Source: Podarcis cretensis (taxonomy: Eukaryota). From it: DNA of 64,000 bases. Below the pieces are notes generated by a model. It searched no databases, had not been told where the DNA came from, and worked only from the letters and a program-made list of their open reading frames with translations. Of the stretch, positions 63,195-64,000 are shown piece by piece (the first letter of the stretch is position 1; every line of letters starts with the position of its first letter). The DNA lies in NCBI GenBank assembly GCA_951804945.1, contig OX638154.1, forward strand, positions 47,492,001-47,556,000, read 5' to 3'. A program made the translations under genes and the position numbers.

Positions 63195-64000
63195 CTGTGG
63201 AGATGGAGATGAAAAAACAGTACTTCACTTTTCAAAGCACTCCTTCAACATTATCTTAGCAATCCTAACTACAACCCTATAAGGTAGGTCAATATTATTA
63301 TCCTCCCATTGCAGATAAGAGGCTGTGACTGAGTGGCCTCCTTCAGGCCACCTAATGAGTTTGTGGCTGAGACAAGTTCTCAGTTTGAGACTCCCCAGCT
63401 CATGCTTTTAATTCCACCAGAACTGTTGAAGCAGTGGATTATAGCTCATGGGACCAAAAAAAACAGAGCATGGAGATAATATTTCCAGTTAGATGAGTCC
63501 AGGTGGCATCTGTGAGACAGAGGACTGGCATCTCCTTCCCTAAACCCAAAGTCAGGGAACTGTGCAGAGTTTGTCTGTACCATGAATTACCAATATTCTG
63601 TAATTGTAGGCCCTGGCTTGGGAGTTCCTAGCCTTGGGGCATACTGCCAAGCAGGAACAAATGTGCATTGCCTACAGTCATAATGGCACAGTATAATTTG
63701 AGGAAGCAATTTCTTGTCAGACAAAATACAAGGACAATAAAACAGCGTCCTGCTTGGAGGACGGCATACCAGCTCCAGCACACTGAACAGTAATGAAGAG
63801 CCAAGACCATCTAGCTCAGCATTCTACCTTCCAGCTGGCCACATGCCAAAGGGAAGTTCACAAGCAGGGCATATCAGGGATATCTATTCCCTCCTGACAG
63901 CCTCCGGCATTTGGTAGCCAGAGGTTTACCATCTTCAAACTCTGAAGTCATGCTGGCTATTACAGCTAATCCATTTGCAACTGAGCACAAAGAAAATACA

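Noticed and set aside
1-64000. CRISPR arrays, operons or prokaryotic defence systems
   Set aside because: The sequence is intron-rich vertebrate DNA; the short repeat arrays at 24866-24943 and 31135-31200 lack unique spacers and lie inside MITEs.

Overview
Vertebrate genomic DNA, most likely from a squamate reptile (lizard), judging by several Sauria SINEs and other lizard-type repeats. Three intron-containing protein-coding genes were reconstructed by hand, with splice sites and reading phases checked. (1) IP6K3 (+): complete CDS, 5 coding exons, 7997-22092, 410 aa. (2) UQCC2 (+): complete CDS, 4 exons, 26597-35196, 125 aa, CpG-island promoter. (3) ITPR3 (-): the last 26 coding exons, 63194 down to the stop at 37581, about 1218 aa, covering the Ca2+-binding, transmembrane/pore and C-terminal regions; the gene continues past the right edge. 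Gene order and orientation match the mammalian locus. Introns and intergenic DNA are rich in Sauria SINEs, other tRNA-SINEs, L2/CR1/RTE-X-like debris, Tc1/mariner (pogo/Tigger-like) MITEs with TA TSDs and hAT MITEs with 8-bp TSDs. Almost all other ORFs in the track are spurious. I see no convincing wholly new biological system. The best second-look items are a U12 intron in IP6K3; two ITPR3 exons (189 nt, phase 0) bracketed by inverted Sauria SINEs and separated by an intron with a perfect U12-type donor but no U12 branch site; a hAT MITE with TTAGGG-containing tandem repeats; an overlapping upstream ORF at the UQCC2 start; and possible overlap of the UQCC2 and ITPR3 3' ends.
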